DNA of 64,000 bases. Source: Negativicutes bacterium (GTDB lineage Bacteria > Bacillota > Negativicutes > UBA1444). The DNA lies in NCBI GenBank assembly GCA_963665275.2, contig CAXXIN010000018.1, positions 394,553 to 458,552 of the forward strand, read 5' to 3'. The position numbers and the translations under genes are program-made. The notes below the pieces were generated by a model, which saw only the letters and a program-made list of their open reading frames with translations, did not search any database and was not told where the DNA came from. Below are positions 10,150-19,761 of the stretch, piece after piece (the stretch's first letter is position 1; each line of letters starts with the position of its first letter).

Positions 10150-10708
10150 TTTTGCTCCAGAGCTCCTCTGTCCTGCAGTTTTTCACGCAGACTTTTTAGG
10201 GCGCGCTGCTGCAGCATCTTGATGGCGGCTTCGCTTTTTTCCATGGCGGTGGCAGCCTCTTTGACCGCGTAAGCCGGCCAGGATCCGAAGCTCGATTACC
10301 CGGCGCTGTTCGTCCCGGCAATTCAGTCAGAAGAGTGACAAGGGTGTCACGCGTTTCCCGGTTGACTATCGTTTCCGCGGGATTTTCTCCGCCCGTAAAG
10401 TCATTCAAATGGTCGCTGATGTCGTTCATGATGGGGGAGCGGCCTTTTTTTCGCCACAAATCAGTAATCAGGTTCGTCGCAATCCGGCCGATCCAGGTGG
10501 AAAAAAGAGCATCGGTTTTCTGATAGGTGCCTAGAGTGCGAAACGCTCTGTAAAATGTCTCCTGGGCTATGTCCTGCGCTTCCTCAGGATTGCCGGTTTT
10601 AAATGAAATGAAACGATATAAAGGTTGCCAGCATTCAGCAACGATCTCGTTCAATGCATTCTTGTCTCCGGTCTTTGCTTTTTCGATCAATTCCCATTCA
10701 GCTGACAT
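10146..10708 (-). pseudogene. ECF RNA polymerase sigma factor, two +1 frameshifts in region 4 as assembled
   Basis: Region 2: AKTGDKNAL..PLYRF..EEAQDIAQETF..FSTWIGRIATN. Removing single extra bases near 10316 and 10271 restores LPDEQRRVIELRILAGYAVKEAATAMEKSEAAIKMLQQRALKSLR. Confidence 0.88.
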
Positions 10709-10746
10709 CCGTTCACCACCCTGACAAACCATTTCCAATACAGTTT

Positions 10747-10776
10747 ATTGTATGGTGAGAGATGTGTCGCCGTCAA
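10747..10776 (-). promoter_or_regulatory. SigA-like promoter for the ECF sigma operon
   Basis: Minus strand TTGACG-N18-TACAAT, ending about 40 nt upstream of the ATG at 10708. Confidence 0.6.
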
Positions 10777-10798
10777 CTTTCAAACCTATACTTCTATT

Positions 10799-10825
10799 AA
10801 CGATATCTGATCAGAAAAGTAACGC
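10799..10825 (-). promoter_or_regulatory. Putative ECF promoter (autoregulatory) facing the sigma gene
   Basis: Minus strand GCGTTAC-ttttctgatcagatat-CGTT (GTTAC-N16-CGTT). Confidence 0.7.
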
Positions 10826-10846
10826 TGCAAAATTGCTTATTGCCTC

Positions 10847-10873
10847 GCGTTACTTTTTTGCTGTGTCCACGTT
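10847..10873 (+). promoter_or_regulatory. Putative ECF promoter facing the vWA gene
   Basis: GCGTTAC-ttttttgctgtgtcca-CGTT (GTTAC-N16-CGTT); same motif and spacing as the divergent copy. Confidence 0.7.
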
Positions 10874-10935
10874 TGTCAAAATGAAAGACCTCCGGTGAAG
10901 GAAATCAGCCGGGGAACAGAAAGGAATGAACACAG

Positions 10936-12789
10936 ATGAAGAAAAACATCGCGCTATTTCTACTACTGGTCCTGTCGATGGCGACGATCGCATTCGCCGG
11001 AAATTTTGAAAACAGTATAAAAACAATGCCTCTTGCGTCTGAAATCCGGGCAACCGGCATGCCTCTGAGAGAATTTCTTGATCGCCTTCACCAGGTGAGC
11101 GGAATTGAGTTGATCGCCGTCCCGGACGTTGCGGACCTGAAAGTGGAGCTGATAGTAACGACCGATCAGACCGTTGCCTCGGTTTTAGCGGCCTTGCAAG
11201 AAAAATACGGGTTGGTAAATAAGATTAATGAAGCGAAAACGGCAGTAATCGTTATGCAGGGGCACTATGACTCAGTCAGGATGTATAGCGGAAAAACAAT
11301 GCAGATGGCTTCGCCAATGGAAGCAAACCGCATGGCATCCGCACTGCCTGCGCCGAGCGGTATCCGGTCAGCCCAGTGGAACACTGAGGAATATAAAAGT
11401 TTGCACGACAATTCTTTTCAGGAGGTCCGCAGCGCACCAATGTCCACGTTTTCAATCGATGTGGATACCGCTTCCTACAGCAACCTGCGTCGTTTTCTCA
11501 ATACCGGCAATTTGCCGCCAGCCGACGCGGTCAGGACAGAAGAACTGCTGAACTATTTCACCTATGATTATCCACAACCGGTAGGCGAACATCCGTTTTC
11601 GGTGACGACAGAAGTGGGCGATAGTCCTTGGAATGCAGGGCGTAAGTTGGTTTTGCTTGGGATTCAGGGGAAAAATGTTCAGACCGCGAATTTGCCGCCG
11701 AGCAACCTGGTTTTTCTGATCGACGTATCCGGCTCGATGTCGGCTCCGAACAAGCTGCCGCTCTTGAAGACCGCCTTCAAAATGCTGGTGCAGCAACTGC
11801 GTTCCCAGGACCAGGTGGCAATCGTGGTTTATGCCGGCGCGGCGGGACTTGTACTTGAGCCAACCGCAGGCAATGAAAAAAGCAAGATCCTCGCCAAAAT
11901 CGAAGGTCTGCAGGCCGGAGGCTCAACTGCCGGAGGCGAAGGCCTAAAACTGGCTTATGAAATCGCCAAAGAAAAATTCGTTTCAGGTGGCAATAATCGG
12001 GTGATTCTGGCCACGGATGGGGATTTCAATGTGGGGCCCTCAAGTGAAGGTGAACTGACCCGGCTGATCGAAGAACGGCGCAATGATGGAATATTTCTCA
12101 GCGTGCTTGGTTTCGGCATGGGCAACATCAAGGACAATAAAATGGAAGCCTTGGCCGATCGCGGTAACGGCAACTATGCTTATATCGACAATGCGCTGGA
12201 AGCCAAGAAAGTGATGGTTTCCCAGATGGCAGGGACACTGTTCACCATCGCCAAAGATGTGAAGATTCAAGTGGAATTCAACCCGGCTGCAGTGAAAGCC
12301 TATCGCCTCATCGGCTATGAAAACCGTGTGTTGGAAAACCGCGACTTCAATGATGATCGAAAAGATGCCGGCGACATGGGTGCGGGGCATTCTGTCACAG
12401 CTCTCTATGAGATTATTCCGACAGGTTCTCCAGAGATGGCCGCTTCGGTTGATCCGTTGGTATATCAGCAATCGCAGATTATACCAAGCGATGATTTGTT
12501 GCAGTTAAAAATCCGTTATAAAAACCCGTTGGAGAATACCAGCCAGCTCATGACCCAGCATATAGAAAGCAATAGTTCGATGAAATCAGTGCCTTCCGAG
12601 AATTTTCGATTTGCTGCCGCAGTGGCGGAATACGGAATGTTAGTGCGAAAATCCGAGTTTCAGGGTCAATCATCATATCAACAGACACTCGCATTGGCAC
12701 GTGGCGCTAAAGGTACGGATGAAAATGGATACCGTGCGGAATTTATCAAATTAGTGGAACTCAGTCAACTATTGGAGACGAAAGAATAA
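10936..12789 (+). CDS. Secreted YfbK-like vWA domain protein (vWF_A + vWA + DUF3520-like) with an N-terminal STN-like domain
   Basis: Signal peptide ending AFA; STFSIDVDTASYS; MIDAS motif DVSGSM; ILATDGDFNVG; YRLIGYENR; DAGDMGAGH; C-terminal RAEFIKLV. Confidence 0.88.
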   Translation: MKKNIALFLLLVLSMATIAFAGNFENSIKTMPLASEIRATGMPLREFLDRLHQVSGIELIAVPDVADLKVELIVTTDQTVASVLAALQEKYGLVNKINEAKTAVIVMQGHYDSVRMYSGKTMQMASPMEANRMASALPAPSGIRSAQWNTEEYKSLHDNSFQEVRSAPMSTFSIDVDTASYSNLRRFLNTGNLPPADAVRTEELLNYFTYDYPQPVGEHPFSVTTEVGDSPWNAGRKLVLLGIQGKNVQTANLPPSNLVFLIDVSGSMSAPNKLPLLKTAFKMLVQQLRSQDQVAIVVYAGAAGLVLEPTAGNEKSKILAKIEGLQAGGSTAGGEGLKLAYEIAKEKFVSGGNNRVILATDGDFNVGPSSEGELTRLIEERRNDGIFLSVLGFGMGNIKDNKMEALADRGNGNYAYIDNALEAKKVMVSQMAGTLFTIAKDVKIQVEFNPAAVKAYRLIGYENRVLENRDFNDDRKDAGDMGAGHSVTALYEIIPTGSPEMAASVDPLVYQQSQIIPSDDLLQLKIRYKNPLENTSQLMTQHIESNSSMKSVPSENFRFAAAVAEYGMLVRKSEFQGQSSYQQTLALARGAKGTDENGYRAEFIKLVELSQLLETKE

Positions 12790-12811
12790 TTGTAGCTGTG
12801 AAATGATTGTC

Positions 12812-12859
12812 AAAGCAGATAGCTCCGACGAAATATTTTTCGTCGGAGCTATCTGCTTT
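12812..12859. terminator. 22-bp perfect inverted repeat after the vWA gene
   Basis: AAAGCAGATAGCTCCGACGAAA-tatt-TTTCGTCGGAGCTATCTGCTTT. Confidence 0.75.
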
Positions 12860-13020
12860 AAGATGGAATTCTTTTGTCTAGTTCAATTATGAAAGGGGTA
12901 TAAAATCTCGAACCGAAAATTTCTTTGAGAAGATTATAAAAAATAAAGGAATTAAACTTATATATTAGAATATTAGTTATAGGAAAATATTAATCTGATG
13001 CAAAAGGTGTTGGACGATTA

Positions 13021-13698
13021 ATGAATCGATTGCCGCAAGAATCAAGCAGAGAATATGTTTATAGAATGATCCGATCCAATATCATGGATTTGAAATATGC
13101 GCCAGGGAGCACAATCTCGGAAAATGAGATTGCCGGGAGCTTGAATATCAGCAGAACTCCGATTCGTGAGGCAATAATAAGGTTGGTTCATGAAAAACTA
13201 ATCGATGTTTTTCCGCAGCGAGGAACATACGTTTCCTTGATTGACATTCATCATGTGGATGAATCCAAATTTATCAGAGAGACGCTTGAACGGAGGGTTA
13301 TGCAAATTGCCTGCATCGATTTTCGACAGGATGATTTGTTTCAACTACAGAAATTTCTCATGATGCAGGAATTGTGTATACAAGAGAAAAGGTTTTTTCA
13401 ATTTTACGAACATGACAGCAACTTGCATGGAGCAATATTTGCCGGATGCAACAAAGAAAAAACCTGGGAAATGATTCAGCAAATGAGTACCCATTATAAC
13501 AGAGTACGATGCCTGGGTATTTCTCATGGATATGAATTGCCCGAATTGTTAGCTGAACACCGCGCCATGGTTAATGCGATCATTGCCCGTGATTCGGTGG
13601 CAGGAAAACATGCTGTTGATCGACACTTAAATAAAGTGAGGCTTGATTTGCCCAAAATGATGCGGGAGTTTCCCGAATACTTTACAAAGAATGACTGA
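13021..13698 (+). CDS. GntR (FadR/FCD) transcriptional regulator
   Basis: wHTH ISENEIA..LNISRTPIREA..L...PQRGTYV, plus an FCD domain (EHRAMVNAI). Confidence 0.92.
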   Translation: MNRLPQESSREYVYRMIRSNIMDLKYAPGSTISENEIAGSLNISRTPIREAIIRLVHEKLIDVFPQRGTYVSLIDIHHVDESKFIRETLERRVMQIACIDFRQDDLFQLQKFLMMQELCIQEKRFFQFYEHDSNLHGAIFAGCNKEKTWEMIQQMSTHYNRVRCLGISHGYELPELLAEHRAMVNAIIARDSVAGKHAVDRHLNKVRLDLPKMMREFPEYFTKND

Positions 13699-13751
13699 CT
13701 ATTACAATGTCCTGGACAGAATTTTGCGCTAAGGTGGAAATTGGAGGTAGT

Positions 13752-14744
13752 ATGCAAAGAAAATTGGACATTATATCCATTGGCGAAATTTTGATTGATT
13801 TTGTTGGAAAAGAACATTCTACGGCCTTGACGGAGGTGACTGAATTTCGGCGCGCAGCCGGCGGGGGACCGGCTAACGTAGCGGTCGGGGCCGCGCGTCT
13901 TGGAATGAAAGCCGGATTTATCGGTAAGGTTGGTTCGGATGCGTTTGGAAAACATCTGGCCCAGGTCCTCAATGATAATTGTGTGAATACTGAAGGGTTG
14001 ATTATCGATCCTCTGGCAAACACGACCTTGGTATTTGTTTCGTTAAATCAAAAAGGGATTCCCGATTTTTCCTTTTTTCGGAACGGGACAGCCGATACTT
14101 TACTGCGGATCGATGAATTGCCAGTAAAGCTTCTGCAAGAAATAAAAATGCTTCATTTCAGCTCGGTATCTTTGACGACGGAACCCTCTCGCAGCGCCTG
14201 TTTAAAAGCAGTTGAGATAGCTCGGAACGCTGGTGCATTGATTTCATTTGATCCAAATCTTCGATTGCCGCTCTGGCCTGACGCAGAAACAGCTAAGGCA
14301 GCAATTCTGGGAGCGGTTGAATTGGCCGATGTGCTCAAGATGAATGATGAAGAATACTTGTTTTTGACGGGCCAGCCTTTCGATGAAAACGCCAAGAGTG
14401 AAGGATTTTTTGAGAATGGTCGCTTAAAATTATTGGCAGTGACCCGGGGCGAAAAAGGTTCAATTCTTTTCAACAAGAACGATAAAATATGTTTTCAGGG
14501 ATTGCCGGTTCATGTCGTGGATACGACGGGCGCTGGTGACGCATTTATGGCTGGCATGTTGTCAGCCCTTTCAGAGCTTCCCGAGTCTGCTTTGATCGAT
14601 CGTTCCTGTATGGAACAGATCGGTCAATGGGCAGGCGCGACCGCTGTATTGGCTTGCCAACGTTCTGGAGGGATTCCGTCCTTGCCGGACCGGAAAGGAG
14701 TTGTTGAACTAATCAATTCCATGAAACCCAATTCTCAAAAGTAG
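13752..14744 (+). CDS. PfkB-family carbohydrate kinase
   Basis: GGGPANVA, GKVGSDAFG, FDPNLR and DTTGAGDAF; ATG 13752 follows GGAGG. Confidence 0.92.
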   Translation: MQRKLDIISIGEILIDFVGKEHSTALTEVTEFRRAAGGGPANVAVGAARLGMKAGFIGKVGSDAFGKHLAQVLNDNCVNTEGLIIDPLANTTLVFVSLNQKGIPDFSFFRNGTADTLLRIDELPVKLLQEIKMLHFSSVSLTTEPSRSACLKAVEIARNAGALISFDPNLRLPLWPDAETAKAAILGAVELADVLKMNDEEYLFLTGQPFDENAKSEGFFENGRLKLLAVTRGEKGSILFNKNDKICFQGLPVHVVDTTGAGDAFMAGMLSALSELPESALIDRSCMEQIGQWAGATAVLACQRSGGIPSLPDRKGVVELINSMKPNSQK

Positions 14745-14768
14745 ACGACAAACCAGGGAGGATTTACT

Positions 14769-15653
14769 ATGCCAAAACTTGCTGCATTTCCCAAGTGTTT
14801 TATGATTGAACTCTGTGAGACCAGAACGATGACGATCTTTGAATGGATCGACCTTGCCTCTGAACTAGGCGTCGATGGTCTGGAACTGTATCCCGGATTT
14901 TTTCTGAATTATCAACGCCCTTACCTGAATAAGGTTAAAGCTGCGATGAACGCCAAGGGCCTTTTGGCTCCGATGTTCTGTGTTTCACCTGATTTTACCC
15001 ATCCTGAGGCGTCCGTTCGCCATCAGGAAATCGAAAAATATCGGAAAATCCTCGATGTAGTGTCGTTTTTCGGCGGTGAAACCTGCCGTATTTTGTCCGG
15101 TCAGGCTCACCCGAGCGTTAGCAGGCAACAAGGTGTGACATGGGTGCTGGAGTGTTTTCATGAAGTGCTTCATGATGCAGCGGCCCGCAAAATAACACTG
15201 GTAATGGAAAACCACTACAAAGATAATTTTTGGAACTATCCAGAGTTTGCCCAACCGCATGACATTTTTCTCGAAATCGTGGAGCAGGTCGATTCGCCGT
15301 GGTTTGGCGTTAATTATGATCCGTCCAATGCGTTTTTGGCTGGCGAAGATCCGTTGGAATTGTTGGAAGCAGTCAAGGAACGCGTTGTTTGCATGCATGC
15401 CAGCGATCGATATTTGAAACCTGGTGTTACTTTGGCCGACATAAAAAAACAGGATGGCGCCAAAGGTTACAGCGATTTGATGTCCCATGGCGTAATAGGC
15501 AAAGGGCTGAATAACTACGATGCGATATTCAGTTCTCTAAAAGCCGTTGGATTTGACGGATGGGTTTCCATTGAAGATGGGGTGAACGGCATGGGTGAAT
15601 TGAAAGAGTCTGTTCAATTTTTGCGTAGTAAATTTGCTCAGTATTGGAGGTAA
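14769..15653 (+). CDS. Sugar phosphate isomerase/epimerase (xylose isomerase-like TIM barrel)
   Basis: Metal-binding motifs MENH, NYDPSN, MHASD and SIED. Confidence 0.85.
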   Translation: MPKLAAFPKCFMIELCETRTMTIFEWIDLASELGVDGLELYPGFFLNYQRPYLNKVKAAMNAKGLLAPMFCVSPDFTHPEASVRHQEIEKYRKILDVVSFFGGETCRILSGQAHPSVSRQQGVTWVLECFHEVLHDAAARKITLVMENHYKDNFWNYPEFAQPHDIFLEIVEQVDSPWFGVNYDPSNAFLAGEDPLELLEAVKERVVCMHASDRYLKPGVTLADIKKQDGAKGYSDLMSHGVIGKGLNNYDAIFSSLKAVGFDGWVSIEDGVNGMGELKESVQFLRSKFAQYWR

Positions 15654-15658
15654 GGATT

Positions 15659-16333
15659 ATGGAACCCATTGTACAGATTTCCCTGGACCTTGAGACCTTG
15701 CAGGAGGCGCTGGAAGTTGCCGAAGTAGCCGTTGCCTCAGGCGTGGATTACCTGGAAGTTGGAACGCCGTTGATTCTGGGAGAAGGCCTGCATGCCATAG
15801 AGGCATTGCACAAGCTTTATCCCGACAAGGGTATCGTAGCTGACATCAAATGCATGGATGGCGGTTATCCGGAAACCGTAATGATGGCAAAGGCCGGTGC
15901 TACGCATGTAGTAGTGATGTCAGTTGCCCATGATGGAACGGTCAAGGGTGCGGTCAAGGCCGGCAAGGAGTTTGGCATTAAAGTAATGGCCGACATCATG
16001 TTGGTTGATGACAAAGTTGCTGAAGCAAAGCGTATGGAAGCTATGGGAGTCGACTATATCGTTTTGCATACCGGCTTTGATGAAAGACACGAAGAAGTCT
16101 GGAAAACACCAATGGCGGATATCGAGAAAGTCGCAAAAGCGGTGAAGATACCAGTTCAGGCGGTTGGGGGGCTTTCTATCGAACAGGTCATCCAGGCCCC
16201 GAAGCTGGGAGCCCCATTAGTGGTTGTGGGAGCGCCGCTTGTTATCGATGACGGTGGTTTTCATGGTGCGGCATCCCTTGAACAGCTGGGAAAAATTCTG
16301 CGGCGTGTGGTAAAGGAAGTGAAGGGATTATGA
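15659..16333 (+). CDS. HPS/KGPDC (OMP decarboxylase superfamily) enzyme, 3-hexulose-6-phosphate synthase-like
   Basis: QISLD, EVGTPLI..EG, DxKxxD motif (DIKCMDGG) and HTGFDE. Confidence 0.85.
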   Translation: MEPIVQISLDLETLQEALEVAEVAVASGVDYLEVGTPLILGEGLHAIEALHKLYPDKGIVADIKCMDGGYPETVMMAKAGATHVVVMSVAHDGTVKGAVKAGKEFGIKVMADIMLVDDKVAEAKRMEAMGVDYIVLHTGFDERHEEVWKTPMADIEKVAKAVKIPVQAVGGLSIEQVIQAPKLGAPLVVVGAPLVIDDGGFHGAASLEQLGKILRRVVKEVKGL

Positions 16334-17373
16334 TGAAGGCTCTCGTAAAGTATGATGTGATTCCCAAAGCTGTAGAGCTGCGGGATGTACCTGAACCGAC
16401 AATCGGCGCCGATGACGTGCTGCTGGAAGTTCGCTCAGTCGGTGTTTGCGGCAGCGATATTGAGATGTGGCACCATCAGGTTACTTTTCCGGTGAATGTC
16501 CCCGTTATTCTCGGACATGAGTTTTGCGGCGTCATCCACGCAGCGGGATCGAACGTAAAGGATTATAAGGTTGGCGACAGGGTTGTCAGCGAAACCGCCG
16601 CCCATATTTGTGGAAAATGCCAGCATTGCCGTTCCGGCGAATATAATTTGTGCCCGACTCGAAAAGGTTACGGATCCGGCGTCAGTGGCGCATTTACCAA
16701 ATATGTCGCTGTACCGCAACGTATTTTGCATCGAATTCCTGAGAGTGTCTCTTTTGATTTCGCTTCATTGACTGAACCAGCCTGTGTGGCCTATAATGCG
16801 ACCTTCATTAAAAGTCGCGTGCGCCCGGGCGAACCAGTCGTAATCATCGGGCCGGGACCCATCGGATTGTTTGCGGTGCAAATGGCCCGAATCGGCGGCG
16901 CATATCCCATCGTCCTCGTTGGAACGGATGTGGATGAATCAAGAATGAAAACCGGAATGGAACTGGGAGCGCATATCACAATCAATGTATCAAAAGAAAA
17001 TGCAGTGGACCGTGTGGCGGAATTGACGGATGGAATCGGGGTGCCGCTGGTTATTGATGCAGCTGGCAATAATGCGGCTTTCAAACTGGCAATGGAACTG
17101 GTTCGCCGTAATGGCCAAATCACGAAAATTGGCTGGGGTCCCAAACCGCTTGATCTGTCATTGGATCCGATCATTGCCAAAGCCGCAACATTGCAAGGTT
17201 CTTTCAGTCATACCTGGTCGACCTGGGAAGCGGTTCTTCATTTGATCGAAAGTGGAGATATTCGTATGGAGCCTATGATTACCCATGTTTTCCCATTGTC
17301 GGATTGGGAAGAGGCATTCCGGCTCGTTGACTCAAAAGTTGCTGTAAAAGCGGTAATTCACCCTGGCGAGTGA
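16330..17373 (+). CDS. Zn-dependent medium-chain (polyol/threonine-type) dehydrogenase
   Basis: GVCGSD, GHEFCG, CGKCQHC..GEYNLC and GPGPIG. Confidence 0.9.
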   Translation: MMKALVKYDVIPKAVELRDVPEPTIGADDVLLEVRSVGVCGSDIEMWHHQVTFPVNVPVILGHEFCGVIHAAGSNVKDYKVGDRVVSETAAHICGKCQHCRSGEYNLCPTRKGYGSGVSGAFTKYVAVPQRILHRIPESVSFDFASLTEPACVAYNATFIKSRVRPGEPVVIIGPGPIGLFAVQMARIGGAYPIVLVGTDVDESRMKTGMELGAHITINVSKENAVDRVAELTDGIGVPLVIDAAGNNAAFKLAMELVRRNGQITKIGWGPKPLDLSLDPIIAKAATLQGSFSHTWSTWEAVLHLIESGDIRMEPMITHVFPLSDWEEAFRLVDSKVAVKAVIHPGE

Positions 17374-17458
17374 AGGAATTTGGGGAGAGTTGGCGAAATC
17401 TATAAATTGAATGATCCAAATACTTAAAGGATTTGAATTATTAGGAGGAGGGGAACAA

Positions 17459-18790
17459 ATGAAAAAAATCTGGATGCTGCTGGTGATGGTTATCGCGCTA
17501 GCAATGGTCGCCGCAGGCTGTGGCGGGAAAGAAGCACCCAAACCGGCAGCCGATCCTGCCAAGCCGTTTGCTGGAAAAACCATTCGCTTTGTGGCTGCCA
17601 ATCACAACTGGACAGAGGTAATCAAACCCATGATCCCGGAATTTGAGAAACAAACCGGCATTAAAGTCAATATGGAAAGCTATGAAGAACAACAATTGAC
17701 GCCGAAACTTACTACTGAGTTTACATCCAATGCGTCAACCATTGATGTTTTCATGACCCGCCCGTTGCAAGAAGGCCGTCTGTTCAGCAAAAACAAATGG
17801 TATGAAACCCTCAGCCCTTATTTGGCTGACACCAAGAAAACTCCCGCCGACTGGGATTGGAAAGATTTCAAAAAATCTGCAGTAGACGCGGTGACCTTGG
17901 GAAATTCCGTATATGCCATTCCTATTGTAACAGAAGGCGAAATTCTCTATTATCGTAAAGACCTGCTTGAAAAAGCCGGTGTGAAAGTTCCGACCACGCT
18001 CGACGAACTCGAAGCTGCGGCTAAAAAACTTAATGATCCGACTAATGGCGTTTACGGAATCGTGATGCGCGGTCAACGCAATCCTTCCGTAACTCAATTT
18101 TCCGGCGTTCTGTTCAGCTTTGGAGCCGATTTCATCAAAGATGGCAAGTGTGTTCTTGATACTCCGGAAGCGCTGAAAGCTTTCCAGTATTATGGACGTC
18201 TTCTCAAAAACTATGGACCTCCCGGCGTGACCAACATGAGCTGGCCGCAGGCGCAAGCTCTCTTCCAGAGTGGCAAGGTTGCCATGTGGGTTGATGCCAG
18301 TACTTTGGGCGGCCCGTTGCTCGACAAAGCAAAATCCTCTGTTTATGACAAGGTTGGTTATGCGACCTTCCCGGCAGGACCTGCGGGAGCCAAGCCGTAT
18401 GATGTAGTTCCCTGGGCCCTGGCACTTTCCGCCCAGTCGAAAAACAAGGATGTTGCTTGGGAATTCGCCAAATGGTTGACGTCGAAAGACATTATGAAGA
18501 AAGCGATTGCACAGCAACAAACAGTAGCCCGTAATTCGGCTTGGGCAGACAAAGAGGCGACGAAAAACTGGCCGGCAGGATTCGCTGAAGTGTCGGCAAA
18601 AACCGGACAAATCGCCTTGCCGTATGATCGCCCATTGATGACTGCGGTTGTTGAAGCTAGAGATGCAATTGGTGATGTGATCGTTAAGTCTATTGAAACT
18701 GGCGGCACAGCTGATCTGGCCCCCATGCTCAAAGACGTGGTTGTCAAAGTTAATGCCATGCTCGCGAAAAATAACGAGGGCGGGAAATAA
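17459..18790 (+). CDS. Carbohydrate ABC transporter substrate-binding lipoprotein
   Basis: Lipobox AAG-C; FEKQTGIKV, LYYRKDLLEKAG and FQSGKVAM (CUT1 SBP). Confidence 0.9.
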   Translation: MKKIWMLLVMVIALAMVAAGCGGKEAPKPAADPAKPFAGKTIRFVAANHNWTEVIKPMIPEFEKQTGIKVNMESYEEQQLTPKLTTEFTSNASTIDVFMTRPLQEGRLFSKNKWYETLSPYLADTKKTPADWDWKDFKKSAVDAVTLGNSVYAIPIVTEGEILYYRKDLLEKAGVKVPTTLDELEAAAKKLNDPTNGVYGIVMRGQRNPSVTQFSGVLFSFGADFIKDGKCVLDTPEALKAFQYYGRLLKNYGPPGVTNMSWPQAQALFQSGKVAMWVDASTLGGPLLDKAKSSVYDKVGYATFPAGPAGAKPYDVVPWALALSAQSKNKDVAWEFAKWLTSKDIMKKAIAQQQTVARNSAWADKEATKNWPAGFAEVSAKTGQIALPYDRPLMTAVVEARDAIGDVIVKSIETGGTADLAPMLKDVVVKVNAMLAKNNEGGK

Positions 18791-18822
18791 CTAACTGGTT
18801 GTTAATTCTAATCTAACGTTTT

Positions 18823-18860
18823 GGGTATTAGGGCGCGTTCTTACGGAGGCGCCCTAACCC
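18823..18860 (+). other. Intergenic stem-loop after the SBP gene (probable mRNA stabiliser or attenuator)
   Basis: TTAGGGCGC-N12-GCGCCCTAA, extendable with GGG/CCC. Confidence 0.5.
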
Positions 18861-18888
18861 ATATTTTATCTGATAGGGAGGTTCAGGA

Positions 18889-19761
18889 TTGAACCGTTTC
18901 ATTGAACGCAATATCGTCTGGATTTTTCCGTTGCCGGCAACCATATTCATACTGATCATGATGGCCTTTCCGGTATTGTATACGGTTTGGGTCAGCTTTA
19001 CAGACTGGTCTGTTTCAAGCGGCGGAGATATCAATTTCATAGGTTTGAAAAACTATGTGGATTTGTTTCAGGAACCGCGATTTTATAATGCGGTCAAAAT
19101 GACCTTCTACTTCACGACTCTTGCCGTAGGAGTGGAAACGGTTCTGGGAGTGGCAATCGCGCTGATTCTTAATCGGGAATTTTGGGGAAAAGGGATTGCG
19201 AAAACCATTTTATTACTGCCGATGGTTGCAACGCCTGTTGCGATCGGTCTGGCCTGGACCTTGTTTTATGAACCGACAATCGGTTTGGCGAATTACACAC
19301 TGAAAGGCATGGGCTTGGAAGGCAGCAATTGGCTTGCCTCCAAAGACATGGTAATTCCGGCGTTGGCAATTGTTGATATTTGGGAATGGACGCCGATGGT
19401 TGCACTCATCGTGCTTGCGGGTCTGGCGTCAATGCCGACCGAACCTTTCGAAGCGGCAAAAGTCGATGGTGCTACCACTATTCAAACCTTTCGGTATATT
19501 ACGCTGCCATTACTGTATCCGACAATTCTAATTGCGATCGTCCTGCGAAGTATTGATGCCTTTAAAACCTTCGACATCATTTATACGATGACTGCAGGAG
19601 GGCCGGGATTTGCATCGGAAACACTGAATATATACGCGTATACTCTGGGATTTGGTTATTTCAAATTCGGAATGGCCTCCTCGGCACTGGCCGCCTTGCT
19701 GGCGATCGTACTGGGGTTCAGCATTCTGACACTTTGGGTAAGAAAGATGTGGGAAGCATAA
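18889..19761 (+). CDS. Carbohydrate ABC transporter permease (MalF-like)
   Basis: Hydrophobic; EAA loop EAAKVDGA; FIGLKNY. Confidence 0.9.
   Translation: MNRFIERNIVWIFPLPATIFILIMMAFPVLYTVWVSFTDWSVSSGGDINFIGLKNYVDLFQEPRFYNAVKMTFYFTTLAVGVETVLGVAIALILNREFWGKGIAKTILLLPMVATPVAIGLAWTLFYEPTIGLANYTLKGMGLEGSNWLASKDMVIPALAIVDIWEWTPMVALIVLAGLASMPTEPFEAAKVDGATTIQTFRYITLPLLYPTILIAIVLRSIDAFKTFDIIYTMTAGGPGFASETLNIYAYTLGFGYFKFGMASSALAALLAIVLGFSILTLWVRKMWEA

Noticed and set aside
17735-18610. 291-aa antisense ORF
   Set aside because: Shadow of the sugar-binding protein gene, with no RBS or domain signal.
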